Assembly (NCBI RefSeq): GCF_006345805.1
Contig: NC_042999.1
Coordinates: forward strand, 160,022,001-160,086,000
Reading direction: 5' to 3'
Source of the DNA: Octopus sinensis
Lineage: Eukaryota
Length of the DNA: 64,000 nucleotides
The position numbers were made by a program, and so were the translations under genes. The number at the start of each line of letters is the position of its first letter. Position 1 is the first letter of the stretch. The notes below the pieces were generated by a model. The model saw only the letters and a list, made by a program, of their open reading frames with translations, was not told where the DNA came from and did no database searches. This document shows positions 36,829-49,508 of the stretch, in pieces.

Positions 36829-36923
36829 GTTTTTGGTTAAACTGCACCGCAAAATGTGGGAGTAGTTAGCAATCTAAATCGTAGGAGACAGACAGCACAC
36901 AACCTCTCTTTTATATATAAAGA
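36829..36923 (-). mobile_element. Helitron 5' fragment fused to a truncated SINE
   Basis: Matches the Helitron 5' part (TTTTGGTTAAACTGCACCGCAAAATGTGGGAGTAG...TATATAAAGA). Confidence 0.75.
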
Positions 36924-37639
36924 TATATATATATGAGACACATGGGACAGAGTCACTGATGTGTGACGATAAAATAATAGGTGAAGATCGAACAAATAGT
37001 AGTGTTTAATTTGCAAAAAAAATTACTATCTCCAAGTATAACAATATATTTATTTATTTCTAGTAATGCTCGTGTCACGATCAATGCATTCAGTGCGCAC
37101 TGTAAGGTTGTTGGTGTTGGAAGGGGCATCCAATCGTAAAAAAGCATACCAAAAATGTAACATGAGAAATGGTCCCCTAACTAGTCAAGGAAGACAGTAA
37201 CTCTGAATAAGAACTTGAGCCGAGAAAATACATGTAACCTTTGCCAGCATGGAAAACCAGTGTTAAATAATTGTGAAGATTTACTATCTTGCCAATACGC
37301 TTAATTTCTGTAAATTGCGAGAAAATGTATTTTTTAGAAGTGGGGGAAAAAGGTGAATTATTTAAAAAGACACTTATGTTGATAAGAAAGAGTTCTTCCC
37401 CTTGGTCTACTTCGCTGTATTTGTGCTGAGAAAAGCAAGCGACCGAGCGAATGGTGGTACCACATTCTACCAACACTGAGAGAACGGAGATTTCCCATAT
37501 ACCGCCGATACATGATTCTTGAGACATACGGGTGCCAAAGAATAAATAGTAATTATCAATACAAAGAAATATAGAATCTCATAAATTAACATAGCAGCGA
37601 CCCAAGTTTCGGTAATAAATCTTTTCTTATTTTGCCAAA

Positions 37640-37910
37640 AAGCCAGCAATTTTGAGGGAGGGGGGGAGAGAAGTCGGTTACATCGACCCCTACAGGTTTA
37701 AAAGTAGAGTCGACCCCTGAAAAATTTGAACTCAGAACATAAACAAGGGCGAAATAGCGCTAAGAATTTTGTCATGCATACTCATGATTCTGCCAGCATG
37801 TTTCAAATTATAGCACAAGGCCAGCAATTATAAGGGAGTGATAAATTAATTACATTGATACCCAACCCCTCGAATGGTATTCATTTTATCAACCTTGAAA
37901 TGATGAAAAA
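37640..37910 (-). mobile_element. Diverged family-B-like SINE remnants
   Basis: TTACATCGACCCC...AATTTGAACTCAGAAC in reverse orientation. Confidence 0.5.
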
Positions 37911-38048
37911 AGCAAATAATTTAAAAGTACCTGTCAACAATAATTTCTTTTGTGTAGTTGCAAGGAACTATTTACAGTGTTTTTCAGAAAGTTAGCTTAT
38001 TAATTATTACAAAAAGACATAACTTATAACTTGAAATATTGAGAGATA

Positions 38049-38435
38049 GGCGCAGGAGTGGCTGTGTAGTAAGTAGCTTGTTTACCAACCACATGGTTCC
38101 GGGTTCAGTCCCACTGCGTGGCATCTTGGGCAAGTGTCTTCTGCTATAGCTCCGGGCCGACCAATGCCTTGTGAGTGGATTTGGTAGACGGAAAGAAGCC
38201 TGTCATAGTCATATTCATATATATATATATATATATATGTATGTGTTTGTGTGTCTGTGTTTGTCCCCCTAGCATTGCTTGACAACCGATGCTGGTGTAT
38301 TTATGTCCCCGTCACTTAGCGGTTCAGCAAAAGAGACTGATAGAATAAGTACTAGGCTTACAAATAATAAGTCCTGGGATCGATTTGCTCGCAGTCAAAT
38401 GAGTAAAAAGAGTAAAGTAAAAGAGTAAAGAGAGA
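38049..38435 (+). mobile_element. SINE family A
   Basis: Full-length with small deletions. Confidence 0.85.
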
Positions 38436-38961
38436 GTGTAAAGTTAGTTCTCTACCGTCTTTAAATCTATGAACGTTGCAACATCTGTAGCCTAAATAAC
38501 AAAGCAATTGGTGATTCACAATATGAAGCCACTGTTGCTTGTCTTTCTCTACATAAAACAATAATGTCCAGCATATGGTGGTTCTTGTATTGGGTGTGCT
38601 TCCACACCCAGTGCCACCAAATTTCAAGCAGGAGTATAACAAAAGTTTTCCATTAAGATTTGTGATTAAATTAATGAGTAAGGTTGATATTTATGAATTT
38701 TCCATTTTCAATGCGTGTGCAGCACACACCTAGCACATCCGGAATATACACCCCTGATGTTCTGCTCCATATATCTTCCACCAGTTTATAACTACCCCAG
38801 TAGTAGATAGCTGGAGACACAAAGGATTTAAAAGTGAAACCATTGACAAAATATATTGGTGGGAGTGGTGGAGAAGAAGAAGCTATAATAAGCACTTTAA
38901 TAATCTAACAACTCTTACACAAATTATTGAAATTATGTAGTTGCAAAAGTTTGAGAAGTTC

Positions 38962-39535
38962 TTTATTTGCTAGAGTATATTCTTCAAACACCTACAAATA
39001 CTGCAGTTGATCGCTCTCTCTCTGTAATGAAGATAGTTCCGCCGACCTCCCTGAATAGGGAGGAGCGATCCTGTTTTCTCTCGGTAGTTGCTATGGCAAA
39101 AGAAGTAGTGTGGAAGACGAGAGTAAAAGGAATTGCAACAGGCATGTTTATCTCCAGTCTCAAGCTAATCGACTTTTTCGTTTTCCACATGAAACGGAAA
39201 ATAAGGCTGGAGAAGAAATGCCTGTCGCAAAGTGTGTTTCGTAAAAGATGGAAATCTATAGCAAGTATGCTGCGAGTGAAAGAACCTGTTTAATCGGGAA
39301 TGTAGAAAAGGAGAAAGCAAAGTCTTCAGTGTGAGTATGTGGTTTGTGGGGTCAACCGTGTCCTCCGCTTCATTTTTTGTTAATCACTCATTCTCATTTA
39401 ATTGTATATATTTTAATTGTTTGTTTATTCATATGTTTCGTCTCATTCGATACCCTGACCCCAACGTTTGTTTTGTCCCCTCTTTTTCTCAACCTTATGG
39501 TGAATAAAGAAATACTCTCTTTCTCTCTCTTTTAC
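38962..39535 (+). mobile_element. 5'-truncated Tx1/L1-clade LINE (ORF2 C-terminus, 3'UTR, AATAAA, TC-repeat tail)
   Basis: VAMAKEVVWKTRVKG...LIDFFVFHMKRKIRLEKK..F.KRW resembles Tx1 C-termini; T-rich UTR ends AATAAAGAAATACTCTCTTTCTCTCTCT. Confidence 0.65.
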
Positions 39536-39539
39536 ATCG

Positions 39540-40000
39540 GGAAAGAAACACATTTAGTTTTCATGAGTAAATGAGAGAACTGAAAGGATATCTGCACACT
39601 CCACAATTCCCCTCAACATCACTTGCTATCTCTAGACATCTCTCCTCACACTTTTATAAAACAGCCACCTCTATCTCCTCTGGACTACTTATACCACCAC
39701 CACCACTGTTACCCTGTGGGCAGGCCCGCCATCTCTCGCTCCAGCTGTCTCTAACTCTCTCCCACCTTCCTTGTCCTACTGAAGTAGTCAAGTATCTCCT
39801 CAATAGTAAGAGGGCTACTTCTGTCATACTCTAATCTCTCAGCTCCACTCCCTCTCTCAACAAAAAGGGCCTTGTCTTGCAAGCTTGCAGGTGCTGATAC
39901 CATGTAAAAAGCACCCAGTACATTTTGTAAAGTGGTTGGCATTAGGAAGGACATCCAGCCATGAAAACCATGCCAAAACAGACAACTGGAGCCTTGTACA
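39540..40000 (+). mobile_element. Older family C tail preceded by pyrimidine-rich RTE 3'UTR
   Basis: TTGTCTTGCAAG..GCACCCAGTAC..TTAGGAAGGACATCCAGCC. Confidence 0.6.
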
Positions 40001-40814
40001 ACCAAGTACTAAAGAAGATCTTTCCTCCTCCATGAAACAAAGCTGTTCCCGCTGGACGTCAACCCAGTATTTCTAAGCTACGGACCGAGTGATTTATTGT
40101 AAGGTTATCTCCCTAGATAGATTGCCTTCACTACGGCTAAGGAGCCCTTTCTAACCCACTGACACAGGTTGTACTGGTTTACAGTTTACCAGTAGTAGGA
40201 TCCGATGCTGCATACAACAGACCTGACCTGACAAGATCGTTCAGAATTGGTTGAGCAATGGCATTAATGGGAAGGACAAGGAGAGCCATTTAGTACTTCA
40301 ATATTTGCGTCTGCGTATGGTAAATTCCATTGTCTCGACCACGGTCGAACAACGATGATGATGTGTAGCTTGTGTAACTCTCCGGCTAAACAGCTCCTGT
40401 CAAACTGTCCCACCCATGCCAACATGGAAAACAGTCATTAAATAATGATGATAGTGATAACTGTTATTTATGTATGTCTTTTTCTTAAGTAGCACAAATT
40501 AAAACAAACAAAAATTTTAAAGTATTTGTTTGGCAAGTTTATTCATTCAGCTTTTCCATCTCATCTTCTTATTCTCATTTTAAAACTCTTAACTGGAAAT
40601 AGTTAAAGAGATCTCAGTTTTATTTTCTTTCAAAACTTTATTTTCCCTTTCTAATTTTTCTTATACATTAACCTTCTTGTTACCATATTTCTGTTGTGAT
40701 GCACGGCTTTTGTTTCAATTGATTTCAAAATCTGGTGTTTGATACATAACATAAAATTTTGATGGACAGTTTTAATTTAGATCACTTTATAAGGAGAAGC
40801 TGGTTTCATAGAAC

Positions 40815-41050
40815 TAAGAGGGGTAAAAGGTAAAATCCCCCTTCGGTCATGAATGGCCATGAGATTACACCTAAAAAAGTTACCCTCTGAGGCACAAGTC
40901 CAGACAAGATTATTTATGGAAGACCAGCAGTCACCCATGCATACCAGCCTCCCCTCTCCACACCACTAATGTCATCCAAGGGAAAGGCTGATACAGCTTG
41001 GCACCAGTGACGTTGCAACTCATTTCTACAAATGAGTGAACTGGAGCAGT
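40815..41050 (-). mobile_element. SINE family E (possibly Ceph-SINE-like) fragment
   Basis: GGCTGATACAGCTTGGCACCAGTGACGTTGCAACTCATTTCTACA..GAGTGAACTGGAGC motif; family name is tentative. Confidence 0.55.
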
Positions 41051-41239
41051 TCACTAAGATCTCAGGCTCAGGCAAGATGGCATCAAAAGGGTTAAAAAAA
41101 CGTTATCGGTGTAAAGCAGATGGTTGTCAAAAAAAAAAACCATTCAGTAGTGTGTAAATAAAATTCACATCTTCAACAAAGATTTGATCTTATTTGGTTT
41201 TCTCTTGACTTTTTGAAGTCAATGAGGAAACATCTACAC

Positions 41240-41650
41240 CAGTGGTTCTCAACCATTTTTTGTCTGTAGAGCCCTTTAATTCCTATTCCACGGAGTGGTT
41301 GGCGTTAGGAAGGGCATCCAGCTGTAGAAACATAGCCAGATAAGACTGGAGCCTAGTGCAGCCTTATGGCTTCCCAGATCCCCAGTCGAACCGTCCAACC
41401 CATGCTAGCATGGAGAACGGACATTAAACGATGATAATGATTTACCTGGGCCTCTATAGTCATTCAATATATACAAAAAAAAAAATTCAACCATATTTTT
41501 TTTAATTAAATATTATAAGGGATTGTATAAAAAAAATTTTAATATTTTGAGTATTGTAGAAGTATAAGCAATTTATTACAAATAAATTTTAATAAAATCT
41601 AATATGGACCCCACCCAAAGGGACATATTGACCCCAGTTGAGAATTACTA
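41240..41650. mobile_element. hAT(Charlie)-like MITE with nested family C element (41288-41425)
   Basis: CAGTGGTTCTCAACC terminus, degenerate opposite end, imperfect 8-bp TSD ATCTA(CAC/TAG). Confidence 0.65.
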
Positions 41651-41754
41651 ATCTATAGAGTCGCTCAATCAGCAAGATATAACAGCTTAATCTTTCAGCA
41701 TTCAGATTACCCTGTCAAGTATAAGGCTTATTTATTCACATTGTTTTGCATTAA

Positions 41755-41973
41755 CCCTTTAGTATTTAAACTGGCCATATCCAGCCAAAATATTTAATCT
41801 GTTTTATGTTCAAACTGACCAGATCCAGGCTCTCACACCTACCCCACAATGTTATTCTACATTAAGTAATTACACCATCAACAGCTTGAAGATATGAGAT
41901 AATGCATGGTTAATTCAAATTAATGGGAATCAATAAGCATTATGTTTGATAGAATAATCTGAACACTAAAGGG
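41755..41973 (-). mobile_element. piggyBac-like MITE family 2
   Basis: Reverse copy with TTAA TSDs; a partial + copy follows at ~41985-42096. Confidence 0.8.
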
Positions 41974-42919
41974 TTAATCATACATTATCTCGTAGCTATG
42001 AGGTTTTGATGGTGTGATTGTCTATTTTTAAGATAACATTGCAGGGTAGGTGTGAAAAGCCAGGGGCTAGATACGACCAGTTTAAATGCTAAAGGGTAAA
42101 CATCACTCAAATCACAGTCTGCCGTCTTAAAATGGGATGGATACATTACAGATGAGATGTACATGTCTTGGATGCTTTTGACCATGGGTCCATTCAATCA
42201 AAGTTGATGTGCAGCTAAGAAACAACTAGCTAAGAGACTGCAAATGTTAGCAAATGAAATCTGGTTACTTCTCAGTGTATTTATGTCAAAAAGCCTTGAT
42301 TTAAAGATTAAGGATACTGAATGCCAACAATTCTCCAGATTAGCTGCCCTGTAGTAATTTCCTGGCCACTTATCATTTTCCTCAACATTGGATGTTAAAA
42401 AGGCCTTCAGTAGTGGAGTGGCTCACTGAAATTACTTAAAAACTTTCATTACAGAAGTGTTTTTTTTTTTTTATTTTACCTCTATATCTCACGCATTCTC
42501 AGATAGAAATAACGTTTATAGGATAAATGGAAATGGATTTCCATTGTTTGATCAACAAATTGGTCTGCTCACTGAATTAGTATGAAAGTTGTTAAGCATT
42601 CCACAGACATATATACTTCTAAAAGTAATTCTCAAGTAGGATTAACATGATAGTATGTGAATTACAGTTACAGCCCATCTTGTGAGCAACCAAATAGTCT
42701 CTATTTATTCAGTCATACTAACTTAGTGCTGGAAAAACCAAGATGCTGTACAGTGGCATTGAACCTGGAACCTCATAACTGCAAAGTAAACTTCTCAACC
42801 GTTTGACCATAAGTGCATCCATATTCATTATATACTTAAAGGGAAAATAGCAGCCCTGCTTTCTTTGTGTCCACAGAAGCACATATTATAGCAGGAGGAA
42901 ACTAATTTTGGGGCCAAGT

Positions 42920-42938
42920 CTCTCTCTCTCTCTCTCAC

Positions 42939-43016
<78 letters not shown>

Positions 43017-43030
43017 AATATATATATACA
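42920..43030. repeat. Compound (TC)(TA)(CA) microsatellite
   Basis: Direct inspection. Confidence 0.95.
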
Positions 43031-43195
43031 TTCAAAAATGAGGGTGGAAAATTAGATATTAATTTAATAATACCATTAGTTTAACACCAAGCGACCTAGC
43101 ACATAACAAACCAGGGAGACGATACATATTGAGTTGACCTATTTAACGTTAACTCTCTTATATTTACGGATAAATATATATATACATACTATAAT

Positions 43196-43410
43196 AACCC
43201 TTTCTACTGAAGACACAAGGCCTTGAAATTTTGGAGTAGAGCACTAGTCAGTTACATCGACCCCACTGTTTCACTGGTACTTTATTTATCCTGAAAGGAT
43301 GAAAGGCAAAGTCGACCTCGAGGGAATTTGAACTCAGAACTTAGCAGCAGGCAAAACACCGCTAAGCATTTCGCCCAGTGTGCTCACGGTTCTGCTAGCT
43401 CAGTGTCTTC
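43196..43410 (-). mobile_element. Older SINE family B
   Basis: GAAAGGATGAAAGGCAAAGTCGACCTCG core in reverse. Confidence 0.75.
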
Positions 43411-43420
43411 AGATATTACA

Positions 43421-44129
43421 ATAATAATAATTGATGAAACAAAGAGAAGATAGATAAAGCACTGGTCTTTATTTAGTGTGGCAACTGTTTCCACCCATCC
43501 TGCAACTGTCTCCTATGGGTGGGATTTTGTGCATCCAGTAGTATTGCATCAATCTGTGCAGTTTGTGTCACATCAGGTACATGCCTAGGACACCTCAGTA
43601 TATCTTGTGAGGCATAGCCTTCTTTATGCATTTACCTGATGTGATACAACTGCGCCAGACTGATGCAACATTATTCATCATCATCATCATCATTTAGCGT
43701 CCGCTTTCCATGCTAGCATGGGTTGGACGGTTCAACTGGGGTCTGTGAAGCCAGAAGGCTGCATCGGCCCAGTCTGATCTGGCAGTGCTTCTACGGCTGG
43801 ATGCCCTTCCTAACGCCAACCACTCCGCGAGTGTAGTGGGTTCTTTTTACATGCCACCCGCACAGGTGCTAGACGGAGCTGGCAACGGCCACGATCGGAT
43901 GGTTCGCTTACTTGTCACCGGCACTGGTATCACAGCTGCAATTTCCATTGATGTTGATCGACTTCGATTTTGGTTCTGCTTTCTGATATCTGATTTGATT
44001 GTTTTGATTTATTAGATGCACAAAATCCTACCCATAACAGACAGTTTCAGGATGGGTCAAAATGATCATCATACTAAATAAAGAATAGTGCTAAATCTAT
44101 CTTCCATTTACTTCATCAATTATTATTAT
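43421..44129. repeat. Foldback element (~165-bp imperfect inverted arms, ~43-nt loop), right arm interrupted
   Basis: 43421-43584 is complementary to 43628-43675 plus 44014-44129. Confidence 0.8.
43676..44008 (-). mobile_element. Family C element inserted in a foldback arm
   Basis: TTATT TSD at 43671-43675 and 44009-44013. Confidence 0.85.
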
Positions 44130-44629
44130 CTCAACTAACACTGCGGAATTCCTGATGTAGATCCAGCAGATATATGCCCCAACTGTGGATGACACTAGGT
44201 AGCCTGAACTGTGAATGTGCTTTACTCAACACACTAATTGACAAACTATTTGTCAAGAAAATTATACATAAGTGGTTAGGGTTAATAGCAGCTGTTTCGT
44301 CTTGAAGCACATCTGCTTATTCCACTATTACAATCAATATGTGGCTATAGTTGCTGCTGTATGTTAGTCAAAATTCATATTAAAATTGATAGCTTTGGAA
44401 ATATTATTTCCAGAGCTATTGTGTAACAAAACAGGGAAGTGGAAATTTTTTCATGTTATTAATTTCACTGAGGCTGTTTGTGCTGCTGCTGCTGATTAAT
44501 ATCCAAATAGAAACACTTCATCCAAATGTGATCTTTGTATTATAAATTTCCTGTCAGACGAATTTCTAATAGGAAATTCCTTACTTGTCCATCTAACATG
44601 TAAACCTTTGTAATTCTTATTAGCAAATG

Positions 44630-45008
44630 AAACACATGTAATGGAGAATACGATCAACATCAATAGAAATTGCAGCTATGATACCAGTGCCGGTGGTACG
44701 TAAGAGAACCATCCGAACGCGGTCGTTGCCAGCACCGCCCCGACTGGCCTCGTGCCGGTGGCATGTAAAAAGCACCATCCAATCGTGGCCGTTTTCCAGC
44801 CTCGTCTTGCACCTGTGCCGGTGGCACGTAAAAGGCACCCACTACACTCACGGAGTGGTTGGCATTAGGAAGGGCATCCAGCTGTAGAAACACTGCCAGA
44901 TCAGACTGGGCCTGGTGCAGCCTTCTGGCTTCCCAGACCCCAGTTGAACCGTCCAACCCATGCTAGCATGGAAAGCGGACGCTAAACGAAGATGATGATG
45001 ATGATGAT
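44630..45008 (+). mobile_element. Family C element with repeat array
   Basis: Shares upstream GATCAACATCAAT.GAAATTGCAGCT.TGATACCAGTGCCGGTG with the 43676-44008 copy. Confidence 0.85.
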
Positions 45009-45039
45009 AATGAAAAACTTTTCATTTTCCTGTCCTCGT

Positions 45040-45515
45040 TCTTGATCACTCTCTCTCTCTCCCTCTGGCTGGGTAACCATATACCTCCTCTTCAGCAAGA
45101 ATCCTGTTTCTGTTTCCCTGTCACACTCTAACATTTCATCATCTGGTACAAGATCACCTCCTCCAATACCCACTTCCCTCTCAAAGGATCTTTGTCTTGC
45201 AAGTTACTTGGTGACCCCTGCCAGTGCTGGTGCCACGTAAAAAGCATCCAGTCCACACTGTAAAATGGTTGGCACCTGGAAGAGCACCTAGCTGTAACAA
45301 CCATGCCAAAACTGACCTTGCCTGTGTTTGTGCCATGCAAAAAACACTCAGTCCACTCTACAGGGTGCTCGGTGTTAGGAGGGGCATCCAGCCATAAAAT
45401 CCATGCCAAAGCAGACACTGAAGTCTTGTGCAGTTTTCTGCCTGGCCAGCTTCTGTCAAACCATCCAGCCCATGCCAGTATGGAAAGCAGATGTTAAATG
45501 ATGGTGATGATGATA
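45040..45515 (+). mobile_element. Older family C tail(s) with RTE 3'UTR
   Basis: Pyrimidine-rich UTR then duplicated core and GAT tail. Confidence 0.6.
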
Positions 45516-46025
45516 TACATGTTAGCAACAGAAGCAATATTAATCCCAAAGGGCAATCTTTATATCCAACTTAACATATTGATATAAGTGTACTTTTATG
45601 CACTATGCATTCATACGAGAGGTCTTCTCAAAGTAAGTAATACAGTATTCAGTGCTCTAAAAAATACATCCATGTATTAAGGTGAATATAAAGATTGCCT
45701 TTTGTTTTTATTGTTAATAATTATGTTTTTTAATAGGCCAACTGGCCATTTGCAACATTAGTGTCTGAAAAGTCACTGATGTCGCAAATATTGCAGGCAG
45801 TGAGATTTGAGTGGTGTGTGACTGTTGGACGTCTGTCACTGAAGAAACAGGGCACACCAACATCACATGATCTAGCAGTTCCAGTGCCCAAAGCAGATGT
45901 TTCTCATTTGCCAGCAATACAAATGTGTACTTTTTTGCAATATGTGTCCATATGAGGGGTCCTCTCAAAGTAAATCACACAGTAGTTGACACTCTAACAG
46001 TACGTCCATGCTAAATTGCCTTTTT

Positions 46026-46319
46026 GACACACACACACACACATATATCATCGTCATCATTTAGTGTCCGCTTTCCATGCTAGCATGGGTTGGACGGTTC
46101 AACTGGGGTCTGGGAAGCCAGAAGGCTGCGCCAGGCTCCAGTCTGATCTGGCAGTGTTTCTACAGCTGGATGCCCTTCCTAATGCCAACCACTCCATGAG
46201 TGTAGTGGGTGCTTTTTACGTGTCACTGGCACAGGTGCCAGGCGAGCTGGCAATGGCCACGATCGGATTGGTGCTTTTAACGTGCCACCGGCACGGAAGC
46301 CAGTCAAGGTGGTGCTTTT

Positions 46320-46320
<1 letters not shown>
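46026..46320 (-). mobile_element. Family C element
   Basis: (CAT)n plus core. Confidence 0.85.
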
Positions 46321-46366
<46 letters not shown>

Positions 46367-46493
46367 TGTTTTACTATTTGTATTGTGATGCTAACACCAC
46401 CTAGTTTTTGCAAGTGGTCTGCTATTTCAGTACTGGAAAGGTTAACTTCAGTGACTGGATGCTAACTGGTGCTTACAACATGAAATGGTCATA

Positions 46494-47376
46494 CAAGGGA
46501 GTACCCAAAAGAAATCAGAATTTTGAAATATTACACTTTTATCACCTTCAAAGTATTGTCCATTCGAAGGAAGGCATCAGCCCAGACACGTTTTTCCACA
46601 GTTCAAAATAGAGGCTGGAACTCTTGTGAAGTGATGCCTTTTAACGCCTCAGTCATCTTTTCCCTCACCCCTTCCACATCTGCAAATTCCGTAGCCCCAG
46701 CTTTCATCACCAGTGATGACCTTTGAAAAAAGGCCTGGATCAACTTCCAACTGTTCTCTTAGTTCACAACATACATTCTGTTGTGACTGCTGTTGATCTG
46801 TGAGCAAGCAAGGCACAAATTTTCCTGCAACTCTTCTCATACACAATTCCTCACTCACTCAGAATTTATTGGCAGGAGCACCAGGACATACCAGTCATAG
46901 TGACAAGTTCATCAATTGTTCAGTGACAGTCCTCCAAGATCAGTTCATGTGTTTTCAGATGTTTTCATTCACTCAGGAGGTTAACGGTCACCCTGAACCC
47001 GGCTGGTCCTCAAGTGACAAGCGACCATTCCTAGAGCATGAAAACCATGATAAACTTGTGTTTTGCTCATGGCAGTGGCCTTGTAAGCTGTTTGAAACAT
47101 GACAACTGCTTTGGCTATCATTTTCCCCTCCAGCAGAAAATAGAATTTCACAGAAGCATGCTGTTCCTTCATTTCAGCCATTGCAAAAGTTAAGGAACAG
47201 GGGAAAAGAATGGCAAAACAAAGATGCACCATAGGGCAGTATGACACCACTGGATAATGCATGTCGGCAGACTGATGCCTGAGGGTTGCATCAAGTGGCT
47301 TCTAATAGCAGAAACCTGAACTACAGTGGGCTTGTACCATAGAGAACATTTCCAGTTACTTTTGGGTACCCCCTTG
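46494..47376 (-). mobile_element. Internally deleted mariner transposon with transposase remnants
   Basis: TIRs CAAGGG(A/G)GTACCCAAAAG with TA TSDs; peptides EQHASVKFYF..AYKATAMSKTQVY and MRRVAGKFVP..KVITGDESW. Confidence 0.85.
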
Positions 47377-48274
47377 TATATCATCATTTAACATCCATGT
47401 TCCATGCTGGCATGGGTTGGTTTCACAAAATCCAATGATCCCATGGACTGCATCATGCTCCAGTGGCTGCTTTGGCATGGTTTCTATGGTTGGATGTCCT
47501 TCCTAATGCCAACCACTTTACAGCATGTACGGTGAGGGTTGCCATGCAGCTTGCAAGATTATAAACCCCAAGGAAGGAAGGGGCAACTTTCTGGTAGGAG
47601 AATGAGAAGTAGAGATGGGTAATGTATGGGATAGAAAAGGGCTGAAGTAGAATAGGTTTCTTGCAGTAGAGGAGCTACATGACTACTTGCATTTTAGAAA
47701 AAAGGGTGGAGGTGAAAAGCAGTAAAAAAAAAAATAGTGGTAATGAGATGTCAGAGTGGCCCCTTGAGGTGTGAAGTGAATAGGAATGAATGGGACATAG
47801 GTTCTGGGAGTGGTGATTCAAGGAAGTCTAATAGTGCAGAGCAGCAGAAAAGAAATGGACAAGAGACAGAAAGAAGAAAGTGAAATGACATGCTATGGGG
47901 TAGGTTGCAAGAAATGGATGGAGGAGAGAGACAAGTGTAGTGTATGAGTGGAGTGAGACATGGTAGTGGGTGAGGAGAGATATTTTAGTGGCACAGTGAG
48001 AGTGTGGATGATCAATAAAAAATTAAGTGGAGAGAACAGTATTAATAAATGTTGTATAACAAGTGAGGAACTGCCAGCAATCTGAGTCCTTTGTCATTTC
48101 TTTTATGAGGCTCAGCTTTCACCACCTAATCCCATGTCTTCCTGGGGGTCTCCCTTTTCTGCAAATTCCATCCGTACTCAGCGATCAGTACTGCTTTATA
48201 CAGTTGTTTCCATCCATATGCAGCACATGTCCATACCAACACAGTCTTCTTTCTTGTACATACATCTAATTAGT

Positions 48275-48630
48275 GGAGGCGCAATGGCCCAGTGGTTAGG
48301 GCAGCGGACTCGCGGTCATAGGATCGCGGTTTCAATTCCCAGACCAGGCGTTGTGAGTGTTTATTGAGCGAAAACACCTAAAGCTCCACGAGGTTCCGGC
48401 AGGGGATGGTGGTGATCCCTGCTGTACTCTTTCACCTGTTTCTGTTGTACCTGTATTTCAAAGGGCCGGCCTTGTCACTCTCTGTGTCACACTGAATATC
48501 CCCAAGAACTATGTTAAGGGTACACGTGTCTGTGGAGTGCTCAGCCACTTACACGTTAATTTCACGAGCAGGCTGTTCCGTTGATTCGGATCAACCGGAA
48601 CCCTCATCGTCGTAACCGACGGAGTGCTTC
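48275..48630 (+). mobile_element. SINE family D in RTE LINE
   Basis: Near-identical to 15045-15430; imperfect ~13-bp TSD. Confidence 0.9.
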
Positions 48631-49109
48631 CACACACATCTGATTCCTATTATGTCGATTTTTTCACTCAGCACCTTTGTACTATGTCTTTCAGGCACAC
48701 CTACATTGCTCATCCAACAGAGTATGCTGGCTTCATTTCTTTCCAGCCTGTTCAAGTCCTCTGCATTCAAGGCCCATGTCTCATTACCATGCAGCATTAC
48801 AGTTCTAACACAAGCATCATACCATCTGCCCTTTACTTTAAGGGAAAAGATCTGTTGTCAGCAGCAGTAGTAGTAGCTCCCTGATCTTTGTTCCAACCCA
48901 TTCTTACTCTGCTTACTGTTCATTCAGAGCAACCATCTCCCTTGCTAATTACATTTCCTAGGTAATAAAAGCTATCAACTACTAATGAGCCATCCAGGCA
49001 ATTAAGAGAAACCATTTCTGGTCTGTTCCTACATACTGCTCTAGTGCATCTATCACGTATGAAGCTTATCTTTTCTGCTAGTCTGCCTGTGATTCCACTA
49101 TATCTCATA

Positions 49110-49508
49110 CTAGCAGTATTGCCCGGTGTTGCTCGGGTTTGTAAGGGAAATAACTATATAAGCATTTTTAGAGAGTTATAGCCAAAAAATAGCAAAAAAA
49201 TGCATTAAAAATGGAAAAAAAATTATGGCAAATTTTTTTTTAAATCGTTGACTCATCGTAGACATTTTTAGAGAATTACTTCCCTTATATAATAGCGAAA
49301 AAAATGCATTAAAATGGAAAAAAATTATGGTAAATTTTTTTTTAAATCGTAGACTCATCGTAGACGCGCGCTAATACTCAGAAGGGCTCGATATGAATCA
49401 CGACTATAAGATACCCGGTTTTGGTTAAACTGCACTGCAAAATGTGGGAGTAGTTAGGAATCTAAATCATAGGAGACAGACACACAACCTTACTTTTATA
49501 TATAAAGA
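49110..49508 (-). mobile_element. Non-autonomous Helitron, same family, with an internal tandem duplication
   Basis: TC...CTAG termini on the minus strand at an A|T site; homologous to 21132-21526; inserted in an RTE LINE. Confidence 0.85.

Noticed and set aside
37177-37650. ORFs in a mildly CpG-rich patch
   Set aside because: No domain resemblance or convincing splice sites on either strand.
38358-38930. Possible GIY-YIG or AP-endonuclease remnant (SGVYIP / CSIYLPP)
   Set aside because: Only 5-7 residue coincidences on opposite strands; insufficient support.
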